A DNA stretch of 64,000 nt from Felis catus. Taxonomy: Eukaryota. The stretch is taken from NCBI RefSeq assembly GCF_018350175.1, contig NC_058368.1, forward strand, positions 80,664,001 to 80,728,000. The letters run 5' to 3'. The position numbers were made by a program, and so were the translations under genes. Of the stretch, positions 48,601 through 61,972 are shown one piece after another (within the stretch, counting starts at the first letter, position 1; every line of letters starts with the position of its first letter). The notes under the pieces are model-generated. The model saw only the letters and a list, made by a program, of their open reading frames with translations. It was not told the origin of the DNA and ran no database searches.

Positions 48601-48979
48601 CACAGTTGACAACAGCAAGTGTCTTTCTCTTAGCTAGAATAAAATCCGTTAAGGGCGGTCGCTACTTATCCCGGGGAAACAGGACTCGGGGTAACGGGCA
48701 ACGCAGGCCACGCTGGCTGCTCCCTTTGCCCAGCCTGTGCCTTCCACAGCCGCACATGTCATAGCCGACACTCGGCTAAGCAAATGAGCTCCATCCACAC
48801 TGTTCAGCCGCCAGGGGACCAAGTGCTGAGGCGCACCGCTCCCTGGATGAAGCTTGAAACCCTGTGAGTGAAAGACACACACCCACGACCGTGTGCTCTG
48901 TGCTTCTGTCGGTAGGCAACCTTCAGAGGCAGACCTTGCAGACAGGAGGTGGAGCCTGGGGGGAGAGAGAGCCTCCCTG

Positions 48980-49072
48980 AGCTGATGGAACCATTCTCAC
49001 GTGGGTGGTGATGGTTGCAAACTGTGAACACGCCCACTGCAAGTGGGTGAAGCGTGCGGTACGTGAATTACA
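48980..49072 (+). mobile_element. Degraded L1M 3'-end fragment
   Basis: gatggaaccattct...gtggtgatggttgca...gggtgaa...gtacgtgaatta resembles L1MB/MC 3' termini. Confidence 0.45.
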
Positions 49073-50339
49073 CGTGGGGGGTGATGGGCTAGCGTGTGGG
49101 GCTGCCAGAAGCCCTGCCTGACCTCAGGACCCCAGATGTGGGCACTACTGTTCACTGGGCTTCAGCTACGCGTCGGTCACTGGGTCCTGACCCTCGTGTT
49201 ACAGATGAGGAAACTTACAAGGAGGGGGACCAAAGCCTGCGCCCGACTGGTGTGACTCCACGGGCTCACCACAGACCCCCTGCTCTCCAGGCTGCTCTCG
49301 CTGGGGGGCTGGTCTTCTTGCTGAGGCCTTCTCCCTGCCACCTTCGTGCTCCTAGGTCCATCCCATGCTCTGTGGCGGCCTGGTGGTCATGGTTTGCCTT
49401 CTCCCAGGTCTCCCTGAGGCTGGGGCCTTGACACTCCCTAGCCACTGCTCTTGGGGTCACAATGGGACAGGTCCCAGCACGATGCTTCCCTGACCCCCTC
49501 CCTTCTGGTGGCAGTTCATTGTCCCGGGCTCAGCCAGCACGGCTCCCTAACCTCACAGGGCTGGCTGTGGCCTCCATGACCCTCCTGCCATGTCCTAGGG
49601 CTTCCTTCCCACCTGCCATCTGCTAGCACCCAGCCCTCCCCAGTGGGTCCCTGCTCCTCACTCCAGGTGTGGGACAGGGACAGGACGGTCACCTGGGCCT
49701 CATTGCTGGTCTCACTTCTCTGGGCTGGGCACAGGCCTCCCCTTCTCTCCCACTCTTCCCGAGCTCCCACCTCCCAGGCCTCATGGAGGTCCTGTGGCCC
49801 AGCAGGTTCCTTCTCCAAGGCACTCAGATGGCTTTCCACCCCACCATGGGACCTCAGCCCCAGCTAGATTCGTCCATTTGGGTCTTTAGGTCCCTAAGTG
49901 CACAGCCTCCTGGTTTCTCAGATTGGCCAGGGGTGCCTCACCCTGTGGACTTTGCACTTGCTGCTTCTTCAAGCTTTTGCACACTCTCCCTCACTTCTCC
50001 CAAAACTCTTCAGACACCATATAAGCCCGAGGCCACCCGCTTACCCTGTGTAAGCAGAAAATCAGTCCTGACTGCGCTCTGCTGTCTTTTTCTCTGTAAC
50101 ACGTCTGATCTGATGTGGTCTGTCTCCTTCCGTGGGCTACACATCCCTGAGGTGGAGGGTTTATCTCAGCAAATGTGGACACCCCAAGAAGGAGGACCCA
50201 GGAGTGCCGGCAGGATACAAACCCGTGGTTCAGAAGCCAGGCCTGGGTGTCACGCAGAAGGGGGTCTTGGTGGTGTTCAAAGCCCCACCCCTTGCACTTG
50301 GGGTCCTTGCACTCCTCGACCATGTGAGAGTCCCTCCAC

Positions 50340-50557
50340 CTTACAGCTGCCAGCATCGCCACCCTGCTCCCTCTGTGATGTCATGGGGTCTGTGTGACAT
50401 CACAGCGGGCAGGGCGGGCCCACCACTGGAGCTAGGTCCCACTGGTGGGAGCGGTGGAGGGAGGAGGTGCAAGTTTGTTGGATCCAAAGTTGTCCACTTG
50501 AAGTGGAACTGTGGGACCGGGAGGCTGAGCAGGCTCAGTGGGGGACGTGGTTGCCAG
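50340..50557 (+). promoter_or_regulatory. TEX29: Putative TEX29 promoter and non-coding first exon
   Basis: Two CRE-variant octamers (TGATGTCA, TGACATCA), GC box GGGCGG near 50412, donor CAG|gtgaga at 50557/50558, and a 107-nt intron to the acceptor at 50664. Confidence 0.5.
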
Positions 50558-50699
50558 GTGAGACCGGGGTCCGCTCTGCCCAGCCCCACCCCTGTCACTA
50601 GACCGACCACGGCCGCCAGCCCCCCGGCGAGGTCCCACCTGGGCTGCCCTGTTGTCTCCCCCAGGTTCCCTCGACCCCGCGTCTCCATCAGCTGCTACG

Positions 50700-50757
50700 A
50701 TGAGATATGCGCCGGAATTAAAGAAATCCCCTTCTCACCTCCTGAAGAAATTTGCAG
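50700..50757 (+). CDS. TEX29: TEX29 first coding exon (exon from 50665; MRYAPELKKSPSHLLKKFA)
   Basis: gttgtctcccccag| acceptor, ATG with A at -3, CAG|gtaaca donor in phase 1; resembles the recalled TEX29 N-terminus; ARHGEF7-TEX29 synteny. Confidence 0.85.
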
Positions 50758-53700
50758 GTAACAGGGCAAGACCGCCGTGGGGGCTGGTCCACCCCAAGGT
50801 GATGGCGGTTAGTCACCGGCTTGAGCCAGGGAAGGGGGCAAAGGAACGTGTGCTTTCAAAAATAATGCAGGAAAAGGCTGTGCAGCCTCCTCTCTCAAAA
50901 TTCTCAGTGCAGAAGGAAGCTCCTGGACCTGAGGCATTCACAAGAAACGCATTTAACTCCCGGGGCTCTAGGGTCAAACCCGGTTCACTGTGAGGTGTCA
51001 GACTTAACCTTCTGTCTCAAAGTGGTTATGGTGAGAGTGACTTTTTCGTGAGGGGAACACGTTTCTCCGTGGTAAAGCCCTCCTCCCCCTTCCCTGGTGC
51101 CCAGGGTCTGCAGTCGGACCCCTGGTACTGGGTGCTGAAGGAGTCTGCTAAGATGTGGCTTTCTACAAGGCTTGCGGTCACTGGGAGCCCCAAGGTAGGT
51201 GTCCTGGAAGCCTGAGACCCTGGGGGACCACGTGAGGAGAGGGAAGGGCCGTTCCTGCTGTGCACGCTCGTGCTGACTTCTCAGGTAACCCTTCTACGTG
51301 CATTGCTTTGGTGACAAACAGAAGATAGGAAAGTGGAAGGAAAAGAAATTTGGTTTTCTTCTTTTTTTTAATTTGGCTTGGAGTCAGGCCTGACGAGGGA
51401 GGGTCCTGGGCTGGCCAAGCTTCCGTGAGACACATTTCTCCTGTCACCTGACAGGAATCCACTGAGGGCCAAGCCCTCAGGATGCCCTTGGGGGCCGGTC
51501 TCGGGGGGGCTGCATCACACAGGGCAGCCGGGAAACGATGGTCAGTGGGTCTCACTCGAGGCCCCAGGGTCCAGGCCCAGGCTCCAAACCAGGCCAAGGG
51601 GGCTCACAGGAGGGGCTGTGGTTTCTGATCAACGTGGCTCTGTGCAGAGGAGGCAGGTGGCCTGCACCTGGGGCACCGAGTGAGTGGCAGAGATGGCTGG
51701 CCTGGAGTGCCCCCCGAGTCTCCTGGTGGAAGCGCCCGTGTGGAGGACAGTCCGCTCTCAGGGCCTGGAGCATGGGTGGCCCATCTTGCCTCTATTCAGG
51801 GCGGTGAGACCAGGGGCCCTGGTGCCCACCCTGTTCTGAGGCTGGCCAGGTGCCCCTTCTCTGGGCGTGGCTGGAGCGGGTTGGCCATTGGGGGGCGGGA
51901 GGTCATTGTCCCTGTCCTCACTAGTCTGAAAGAGGGGCCTGCTCTCCTGGGTCACAGTGATCCACCTGCGTTTTGACCATAAACTGCCCTTCCACCAGTT
52001 TTGGGGGTGAACGCAAGTGCCTCTGTCGTCTTCTGTGGACATCGACGTGGCTGTTAAGTGTTACTCTGAGGTGTGGGAGGTGAACAGGCGGAGGGAGTGG
52101 GCAGGTAGGAGATGGGCCGGTGGGGTGGGCAGGTATGGGGGCTGGGCTGGCGGAGAGGGAAGGCAGGTGGGCAGGTGGCACCTTGTGTTACCACGGGCAA
52201 GGACGCGTCTGCACGAGGGCATGTGTGAGAGGACACGTAAGCATGGCAGAGGAAAGACCCGTGAGGACACTTGGAGAACCAAGCCAGACCCGCCTTCCTG
52301 GCTGTGACCCAAGGCACCTGGTCCTCATGAGGCACAGGGCACTTCCCCCAGGGATGTTGGGCCCCCTGCCCTTGTGTTTTATTTTGCCCCAGTCTCTGTT
52401 TCTCCAAAACCGGAGGTGCCCAGCGGCCTGGCCATCGCAAGGGCTGCCGTCTCCCTCTTCCTTGTTGCCTTTCTCACCTGGGCCCTGGCGTTCCCTGGAT
52501 GTCATGGGCAGCACGGGGTGCAGCCCCAGCAGCCAGGCCCTGCCCAAGGAGATGCCAACCGTCTGGCTTCCGCCCCATCCCTAGGTCAGGTGTCAGGTAC
52601 CATTCCCAGCGAGCAGCGTGTGGTGGGGCAGCTGAAGGCACCACTTCTGGTGCCCAATGGTCACATGATTGTGGGTTGTCCTTTGATGCTTTTAGCTGGC
52701 CAGTCCGGGGCTACAGGATGTCCTCAGTAAAGCCTCACTAACCCGCCCCCTGCCCCGTCTCTTGGGGGTTGTGGGCTGGGCGGAGGGGTCACGCCAGGGA
52801 TGGAGATGTGGATGAGCTCTTTGTGTTGGGCACCTTTGCAGAAACACATCAGGACCTTGTGGGAGGTGCAGGCAGAGAAAACAGTCCTGGGGAGGAGGGG
52901 GTGTGCACAGAGGTCTCAGGTGTAATGGGGCACTGAGCTTCCACACGGGTGTGCTGGGGGGCCAGCTGCTGTGGCAAACGATCCCATTCGAGTGGTCAGG
53001 ATGGGAACTCACATACCTGTGTTTTCTCACCTGGGGAGTAACATTGAAGAGACAGTCATGAACAAAGTTACGCCTGAACGCATTGTTTCCCCCCCCCCCC
53101 CCCCGTGCTGTTTACCAAGATAAACTTCCACTGTCATGGAGCCATGTGGAGAATGTCCCCTAGGCTCCGTGAAGGGCACCCACCAAATGGGTCCTGTGGA
53201 GACAGTGGGAAAGGGGAGATCTGGGCTCTGCCTGGCAGCTGTGCGGTCTTGGGTCTCCTGGAACTCTCTGGAGCCGGTGTTTGCCTCCACCCTGACTGTC
53301 CTGTGGGAGCCACCAGCGGGCACCATGTGGCCACCCTGAGCGCCTGGCAGGCCTTCTGCAGCCCAGGCCCCATCTGAGGTGGAGCTGGGCAGGTGGCTGA
53401 GGGCTGGGTGACCGCAGGCGGCGGGGGAGGCCGGCCCCACCCGCCCCGCAAGCCTGGCTGTAGTGGGGGGCAGTGGGGCAGGAGGGTGACAGCCAGACTT
53501 CCTCATCTCCGACCCTGCCTCGCCTCGTGTTGCCAGTCCTGCCACACGTCTGGGCTGTGCTGCTGTGTCCGCAGTGACATTCCAAACGCACGTCTCAGAA
53601 AAGAGCAGGAGGGACGGTGGGTTTCCCTGGAGCCCCTGCACCTGAAAGGCTTACCAGCCCCAAGGCAGCCGGAGACCCCTCCTCCCTTTCCCTCGGGACC

Positions 53701-54171
53701 GGAAGCCCCAGCAGGGTCTGGGGCAGATGTTGCTGACTGCTGGTTAGGGGACTCACTCGTCCTCCTAGCTGGACACGGGTTAGCCGTTGGTGCCAGAGCT
53801 GTGCTGAGCACTGTCCCCACCATCTGCTCATGCACGTTCAGTGTGTTCACTTCTGAGTTTTTTCTTTTTTTTTTTTTTTTTGGTCAAAACTGTCACTTCA
53901 CTTGGTCCTTTTGATTCAACTTGAAAATGCCGAACTACCCCTTAGCCTGTGTTGATAATTTTAACTCACGTGTGCTTAAATGTGCATTAATTACGCATTA
54001 TAACCTGAACCCCCCACATCCGCTGGCTGTATCAGATCTTTGTTTTCTGTTTGCTTTGCAGAGTGCCGATGTGCGCGAGCACTCTGCTGAGATGCTCTAT
54101 CTCCTTAATCAGCAGGGGACTCTGCATTATTCTGTGCAGTTAGCTTGACATTGTTTTGTTCAGAAATCTAA

Positions 54172-54723
<552 letters not shown>

Positions 54724-55132
54724 TGAGCATGGGCACTGGAGCCCTGCAGCCGGGGCACGAGGGCCAAGGACGAGCCCCGATGGGGCTTCTCCTCAGGCTT
54801 GTCACCGTCAGAACAAAACCAGACTCCCACTGAGGTGCATATCCTGACCCCTGGGGCCTGGGATGTGCCTGGGGAGACCAGGCCGGCAGGGGGTCCAGGG
54901 ATGAGGGGGCAGTGGGGGCAGGGAGAGGCCGCCACCCTCAGAGTAGGGCCCGCTTCCTGGAGGTGGTGAGGGAGGCACACGGTGGAAGGAAACGGGGGAG
55001 TCACGGGTGGGAGAGGCAGGTGTGGAGGGGGTGTTAGCGGGGCCCCTGTGGGAAGGGCTCTCTAGTGATGCAGTCTGGGTGTTTACTCACACCTCACAGC
55101 TTTGGTCTTCTGTGCCTCGAGAATTTTCTTCT

Positions 55133-55344
55133 TCTTCGTTTCTACTATTCGTTTTGAGAGAGTGCGAGAACAAGCACGAGCAGGGGAGGGACAGAGAGAG
55201 AGGGAGAGAGAAAGGATCCCAAGCAGGCTCCGTGCTGTCAGTGCAGGGCCCGGCATGGGCCTCAAACTCACGAGCTGTGAGATCATGACCTGAGCTGAAA
55301 TCAGCACTTGGACACTCAACCGACTGAGCCACCTAGGCACCCCC
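55133..55344 (-). mobile_element. CanSINE in a TEX29 intron
   Basis: SINE core and head, duplicated flank agaattttct. Confidence 0.9.
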
Positions 55345-58118
55345 GCCCCTAGAATTTTCTAAATAGTTGCAAACCCGTCAAGAAATTCCACTTGATGACT
55401 GATGTGTCTTCTTGCCTGTTTGTGGCCCTTTCAGCAATGAGGATGCTTGGCTCTAGGAGTGTCTGGGAACGGACAAACAAGTCTCTGCAATGAGGCGGCC
55501 TGCTCAGGGCCCTGTTGGAGAGGGGGAGGGGCCGGCAGGCAGGAGGAGCTGGCAGCGGGCCGTGGTCGCCCAGCAGGTCCGGTGCTGTGGGACAGCGTGT
55601 CCCAGGCCACTCTGCTCTGTCCCCCGTCCCCAGTGGATAAAGGCACACTCGTGCCACACAACTGGGAAGGTTTCTTCTAGTTTCCTCCTGTGAGCCCCAG
55701 GTAGGCTGAGCCCTTAGAGACAGACATGGGGACTTTCCTCTCATTCCTGGACACGGGAAGGCCTAGCAAGTCAGGAACAATTGTGACCGGTAACTGTTAC
55801 CAAAGAGTGACCCACTGGGGCCACCTGGATCCCGCCTAGCCAGCGCCTTCAAGAAGAAAGTGACCTTTTGGACAAAAGGATTCAAGAAGCAAAAGCCATT
55901 GGGGGATCCTGGCTTGCCAAGGGGAAGCCTGTGTCTTGCTTTATGGTGAAGATTTGGCACTTGGGGCAAAAGAAGAGGAAGTTTGGCTTCTCAGAAAGAG
56001 GCGAGTCAGAGGCCATGAGAAACACCATCAATAGCTGGGAAGATTTCCTGATGACAATGTATCTTCCAGATCTTGACTTGGGAAGACTTGGGTCCAGACC
56101 CTCACTACTGATCTCTGCCTCTGGGAGACCCAGGCATCTCTAGGATCCCACACCTTCCCCTGAACCTGTAGATAGAAACAACTGGAAGTTACCTCTTTTT
56201 TGGTTGTTATCTTTGCTGAGACAAAATTCCTATAAAATTTACCCTTTTAAAGTACACAGTTCGTTGGCTTTTGGTATATTCACAGAGTTGAATCCCCACT
56301 ATCCCGTCCAGAGCATTTTTATTATCCCCAGAAGAAACCCTGTACTCATCAACTGGACAATCCCCATTCCCCGTCCCCCCACCCCACCTCCAACCCCGGC
56401 AACCACCGATTGGCCTCTATGGGTTTTCCTCTTCTAGACATTTCCTATTAATGGAATCCTACAGTGTGTGCCTTGTGTATCTGGCTTCTTTCACACGATG
56501 TTTTCAAAACACGTCCGTGTTACAGTCAGCATTTTATGCTTTTGTATGGTTGAATAACATTCCGGTATATGGACATGTCACATTTCGTTTACCCCTGTAT
56601 CACTTAATGGACATTTGGGTGGCTTACACTTTTTAGCTATTACGGATAATGCCACTATGAACATTTGTGTGTAGGTTTTTGCATGAACCTGTTTCCACTT
56701 CCCTTGTGTGTTTACCTAGAACCAGAATTGCTGGATCATACGTTAACTATATTTAAAAATTTGTTAAGGAACTGCCAAACTACTTTCCCAATTGCTGCAC
56801 TGTTTGATAGTCTCAAGAGCAGTACGTGAGGATTCCAGTTTCTCCCCATCCTCACCGGCACTAGTTGTCTTTCTTTTTGATTATAGCCATCATGGTAGAT
56901 GTGGAGTTGTAGGTCACTGGGGTTTTCATTGGTGTTTCCCTGATGAGTACCATGGTGAGTGTGTTTGCATATGCATTATTATGGGCATTTGTATATCTTC
57001 TCTGAAGAAAAGTCCATTCAGACTCCTTGCCCGATTTTTAACTGGGTTGATTGTCTGTTTATTGTGGGGTTGTAAGAGCTCTTTGTATATTCTGGATAGT
57101 AGACCCTTAACAGATACGTGATTTGCACCTACTTCCTCCCAATCTGTTTGGTCGTTTTACCTTCTTGATAGTGCCTCTTTGAAGCACAAACTTTCTTAGT
57201 TTTGACGATGCCTAGTTGGTTTGTTTGTTCTTTGGCTGTTTGTGCTTTTGGTGTCCTAGCTAAGAAACTAGTGTCTAATCCAAGACACAAAGATTTACAT
57301 CTCTGGTATTTTCTAAGAAGTTTATAGTTTTAGCTTATACATCCATGTTTCTGGTCCATTTTGAGTTTTAATTTTTTTTTTACGTGTTGTGAGGCAGGGA
57401 TCCAACTTCATTCTTTTGCATACAGATATCCAGGTGTCCCAGCATCATTTGTTGAAAAGACCATTCTTTCCCCCGTTGAATTGCTTTGGCATCCTTGTTG
57501 AAAATCAATTGCCCGTAAATGTGAGGGTTTATTTCTGGACTATTGTTTTATTCCACTAAGCCGGTATCACACCATTTTGATTAATGTAGCTTTATAATAA
57601 ATGTTGAAATTGAAAAGCATGAGTCTTCCAACTTTGTTCTTTTTAAAGGTTGTTTTGGTTACTGTGGATTCTTTGTATTTCCATATTAATTTAGGATCAG
57701 CTTGTCAATTTCTGAAAAAAATGCCCTCTAACATTTTGATGGGGATATTTGTGTTGAATCTATAGATAACTTGGGGGTGGGTATTACCATTTTAATAATG
57801 TTAATTTTGGTCCATGAACAAGGATGTCTTTCCACTTATTTAGATCTTTTCTTTCAACAGTATTTTATAGTTTCTAGTTGTGTTTCTTTTGTTACATTTA
57901 TTCCTAAGCATCTTATTCTCTCTGATGTTGTTGTAAATGGATATATCTCTTTAGTTTGGTTTTCAGATTGTATATAGAACCCTAGGAATATACACAGGAA
58001 AATGGAAAGTTTGCTAGAATACAGAAATATAATTGACTTTTGTATGTTGATCTTGTATGACTTCCCATTTTTAGTTGGTTACTTAGGATCTTCTAGATAT
58101 AAGAGTATATCATCTGCA

Positions 58119-58332
58119 GGGGGCACCTGGGTGGCGCAGTCGGTTAAGCGTCCAACTTCAGCCAGGTCACGATTTCGCGGTCCGTGAGTTCGAGCCCCGC
58201 GTCAGGCTCTGGGCTGATGGCTCAGAGCCTGGAGCCTGTTTCCAATTCTGTGTCTCCCTCTCTCTCTGCCCCTCCCCCGTTCATGCTCTGTCTCTCTCTG
58301 TCCCAAAAATAAATAAATGTTGAAAAAAAAAA
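58119..58332 (+). mobile_element. Young felid SINEC_Fc-type element inserted in the L1
   Basis: CpG-retaining full-length SINE, A tail, perfect 18-bp TSD aagagtatatcatctgca (58101-58118, 58333-58350). Confidence 0.95.
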
Positions 58333-59408
58333 AAGAGTATATCATCTGCAAATAGAGATCATTTCACTTCTTTCTTTTAATACAGTTGGTTTCATTTCAC
58401 TTTCTTGCTTAATTGCCCTGGCTAGAAACTCACTGATTCCATTCATCAGTGAGAATGGACATCCTTCTCTGGTCCCTGATCTTGAAAGAGTTTTCAGCGT
58501 CTCATCATTTACATGTGCTGGTAGCCGTGGGTTTTACTAGAGGCCATTTATCAGGTCAAGTAAGTTCCCTTCTCTTCCTACTCTTTGGAGGGTTTTTATT
58601 ACGAAAGGTGGTGGATTTTATAAAATTCTTTTTCTGCATCTAGTGGTGCTCTTGATGACAACTGTGGATTTGAGTTACTGTCTAGTATCCCATCCTTTCA
58701 TCTGGAAGGACTCCCTTTAGCATTTTTGGTAAGACAGGTCTGCTAGTGATGAAGTCTCTGTTTTTGTGTATCTGGGGATGTATTAATCTGTCCTTCATTT
58801 TTGAAGGATAGAGTTGCAGTGTATAAAATTCCTAACTGGCAGTCCTTCTCTGTCAACACGTAGAGTATTTCATCTTTAAGCCTTCTGACCTCCATGGTTT
58901 CTGACAAGGAATCTGCTTTTAGTCTTGAGGCTTCTTTATATAAAGCATGTTTCTTCTGCTGTTTCCAAGATTCTCTTTTGACTGTTTGCCGTGTGTCTTT
59001 GAATTTATCCTCATCATCAAATGTGGGAAATTTTGCCATTTCTTCAGACATTCTCCTGTCTGTCTACTCCCTCTGGGCCTCTCATTGTGTGTATTTGGTC
59101 CACCCCACAGGTCTCTGAGGCTCTGTGAGCTTTTCTTGATCCTATTTTCTGTTACTCGGACTGGGTAATCTCAACTCATTTATCTTCAAGTCTGCAGGTT
59201 CTTTCTTTAGCCCACCCCAATCTGTTGAGCTCCTCTAGTGATGTTTTCATTTCTGGTATCATATTCTCAACTCCAGAATTTCTATTTTGTTCTTTTCTAA
59301 AAAAATAATTTCTGTGTCTGTATTGGTACTTTCTACTTGGTGAGATACCGTTCTCATACTTTAGCTCTTCAGATAATGGTTTCCTTCAGTCTTTTGACCA
59401 TATTTAAA

Positions 59409-59620
59409 TTTTTTTATGTTTATTTATTTTTGAGAGAGAGAGAGACAGACAGACCATGAGTGGGGTAGGGCAGAGAGAGAGGGAGACACAGAATCCGAAG
59501 CAGGCTCCAGGCTCCGAGCTGTCAGCACAGAGCCTGATGCGGGGCTCGAACTCACGAACTGTGAGATCATGACCTGAGCTGAAGTCAGACCCTCAACCGA
59601 CTGAGCCACCCAGGCGCCCC
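59409..59620 (-). mobile_element. CanSINE inserted in the L1
   Basis: Full SINE, TSD tcttttgacc(a/g)tatttaaa. Confidence 0.93.
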
Positions 59621-61603
59621 TCTTTTGACCGTATTTAAAGGGGCTAATTTAAAGTCTTTGTTTGGTGATTCCAACATCTAGTCTTCCTCAAGGACAGTTT
59701 CTACTGATGGGGTGTGTGTGTGGCCATACTTGTTTCTTTGCATATCTAATGTTTTCTGTTGAAAACTAGACATTTAGAAATATGTGGCACCTGTGAAAAC
59801 TGTGTTCTCCTGCCTCTCCAAAGTTGTCATTGGCGTTGTTTAATGACTTTTCTGAATGAATTCAGTAAAGTCTGTATTCTTTGTGGTCTGCAGCCATTGA
59901 AGACTCTGCTTGTTAGTCTGCTGGTCAGCTAATGGCAGAAGTCTGCCGAGATGCTTGGAAACAATGTCTCACAGTCTTCGCTTAGGGGCTCTATGTGTGT
60001 GTTGGGGACATACCTTCAGCCGTCAGCCAATTTTCAACTGTGCCTTAATCTTTACTCCACGCTTACACAGAACCTTGAGTTCAGCCAGAAGTGAGAGCCT
60101 AGGACCTTCTCTGGTATTTCCTCTGTACGCACACAGCCTTGAGTATGCCCATTGCCTTCTAGATTCCAGGGAATATGTCGCAGCTTTTCAAATCCCCTTC
60201 AGACAGATAATTCCCCAAGTTTTCCTTTTAAGCTTTCTGGTCCACCTATTGTCTACCCCCAAGTGCTGTCGGCCACTTTAGCTGCCATGATTTTCCACAG
60301 TTGCCTCTGTTTTCAACAAATGCCTGAGAGAAAGCTGTTCACGCTAAATTAGCTCCAAGTCAGGTCAAACAAAGACAACCTTGCAATTGGGATCTTCTAG
60401 TGAAGTGGCAGGTGGACAAAGTAATGACGGTGCTCTGGGCCTGGGACTTTGAAGGATCTTCAGCCCTGCTCTGCTCCCTCCAGGGATGCCAGGCTGCTAG
60501 TGGTCGCCATGACTGTGGGCTATTGGTTCAAGACTCGCATGGAATTAGAGGTGAGCAGGAGTGGGAATAGGGCAAGTTAAAATGTCCACAGGTCACTGTT
60601 CTTAGTGACCGTCATCTGTTCCTCTGCAAGCTTTTGATTGGTTAAGTTTCTGAGTTCCGAAAAAGTAGATTCTGACAAATGGTGCCAATGTTCTCACTGG
60701 TTTTTATGGAGGAAGGATCTGGTGGGGGAGGGGGGTTCTTTTCTGCCATGTTTTTTTTTTTTTAATTCCTGATGTCACACTGGAAATTATGGACTTCGGT
60801 GAACCTCCGGTCCAGTCATACACAAGCGGGTGGTGAGAGCGGCAGGGAGTCACGGCGCTTTGTCTCTAAAGGGGTTTGCCCTCCCGCCTTTTCATCATAA
60901 ACCCACAACCTTCAGGCAGAACCCTGCCTGGGCCCCAGTCTTCCAGCGTGGGATGGCCTGCTGCCCGGCGGCTTGCTCTGAGCAGAGTCCACGGCCCTGG
61001 TGGCGGTCTGGCCGTCATCTGGTGCTTTTTGCATTTGTCATCTTTCTGTCTTTCTGTGGCCTCAGTGGCCTGCCGCACACATCTCACTACTTGGGGGCCA
61101 CAGACGAGTAGGGTCCGGCTCACTTCCATTTCCATTGTGGAGTTCTCTTTCCTGGAAGGCTCTGATGTCTTCCTGAGGTTTTTCAGAGATGTTTACCATT
61201 TGGGGCTTCTAAAAGCAGGAGACCTTCCCATCCAAAGGGCATTTGAATGTGTTCTTTCAGTCTTACACATATGAAGGTGCAGAAGCTGTTCGGTTCCCTG
61301 ATGAGGTCACGCACGCGGTCATGGTCTTTGGTGGTCACCCTGGTTCACTCCCGCCCCAGGGAGACAGCCCCAACAGCAGAAGGTGGTGAAATGGATCCTT
61401 CAGGGGAGATTGCAGCTGGCAAGGGCACACAGATTCAAGCTGCTGCCGCTTCTGTTTCCATCTGTCCCTCCCCTGAGCATCTTGTCAGGAGCATTTTATG
61501 CAGGAGTTGGCCATTTTGTGCTTGTTAGTATGCAATTGAGACGTTGCTTATGTTAACATTATTACTTATGCCCATAACTCATATGAAGAATGAGCCTTAT
61601 TCT

Positions 61604-61972
61604 TTTTTTTTATTTCCCATTTTTTAAATTTTTTTTATATGAAATTTATTGTCAAATTGGTTTCCATACAACACCCAGTGCTCATCCCAACAGGTGCCCT
61701 CCTCAGTGCCCATCCCCCCCCGGCCCCCATCAACCCTCAGTTTATTCTCAGTTTTTAAGAGTCTCTTATGGTTTGGCTCTCTCCCGCTCTAACTTTTTTT
61801 ATACTACGTGGCAATGAGAAAGAATGAAATCCGGCCTTTTGTAGCAACGTGGATGGAACTGGAGAGCGTGATGCTAAGTGAAATAAGTCATACAGAGAAA
61901 GACAGATACCCTGCGTTTTCTCTCTTATGTGGATCCTGAGAAACTTAACAGAAGGCCACAGGAGAGGGGAAG
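61604..61972 (-). mobile_element. Short felid L1 (L1_Fc-like) 3' end with 5' inversion
   Basis: Antisense tail and 3' UTR 61604-61800, sense segment 61801-61972 (gcaacgtggatggaactggagag...), TSD gaagaatgagcctt(a/g)ttct at 61585-61603 and 61973-61991. Confidence 0.9.

Larger units (their letters stand above)
56195..60780 (-). mobile_element. Degraded antisense L1 (L1M-type) block: 3' UTR/ORF2 ~56195-58640, ORF1 and 5' region ~58660-60780
   Basis: L1 ORF2 antisense motifs (tcccagcatcatttgttgaaaagac); ORF 58743..59051(-) RLKADSLSETMEVRR...GILYTATLSFKNEGQI resembles the L1 ORF1p C-terminus. Confidence 0.8.

Noticed and set aside
50550..50564. GTTGCCAGGTGAGAC as an RFX X-box near the TEX29 start
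   Set aside because: Only one half-site matches, and the sequence is explained by the splice donor
47126..50761. Long ORFs (234, 242, 209 aa) between ARHGEF7 and TEX29
   Set aside because: GC-rich chance ORFs without recognisable homology or exon structure; only 50700-50757 is supported as coding
58119..58200. tRNA-like A/B boxes (also in other SINE heads)
   Set aside because: tRNA-derived CanSINE promoters, not tRNA genes
58743..59051. 102-aa minus-strand ORF with protein-like composition
   Set aside because: Decayed L1 ORF1p C-terminus, not a host gene
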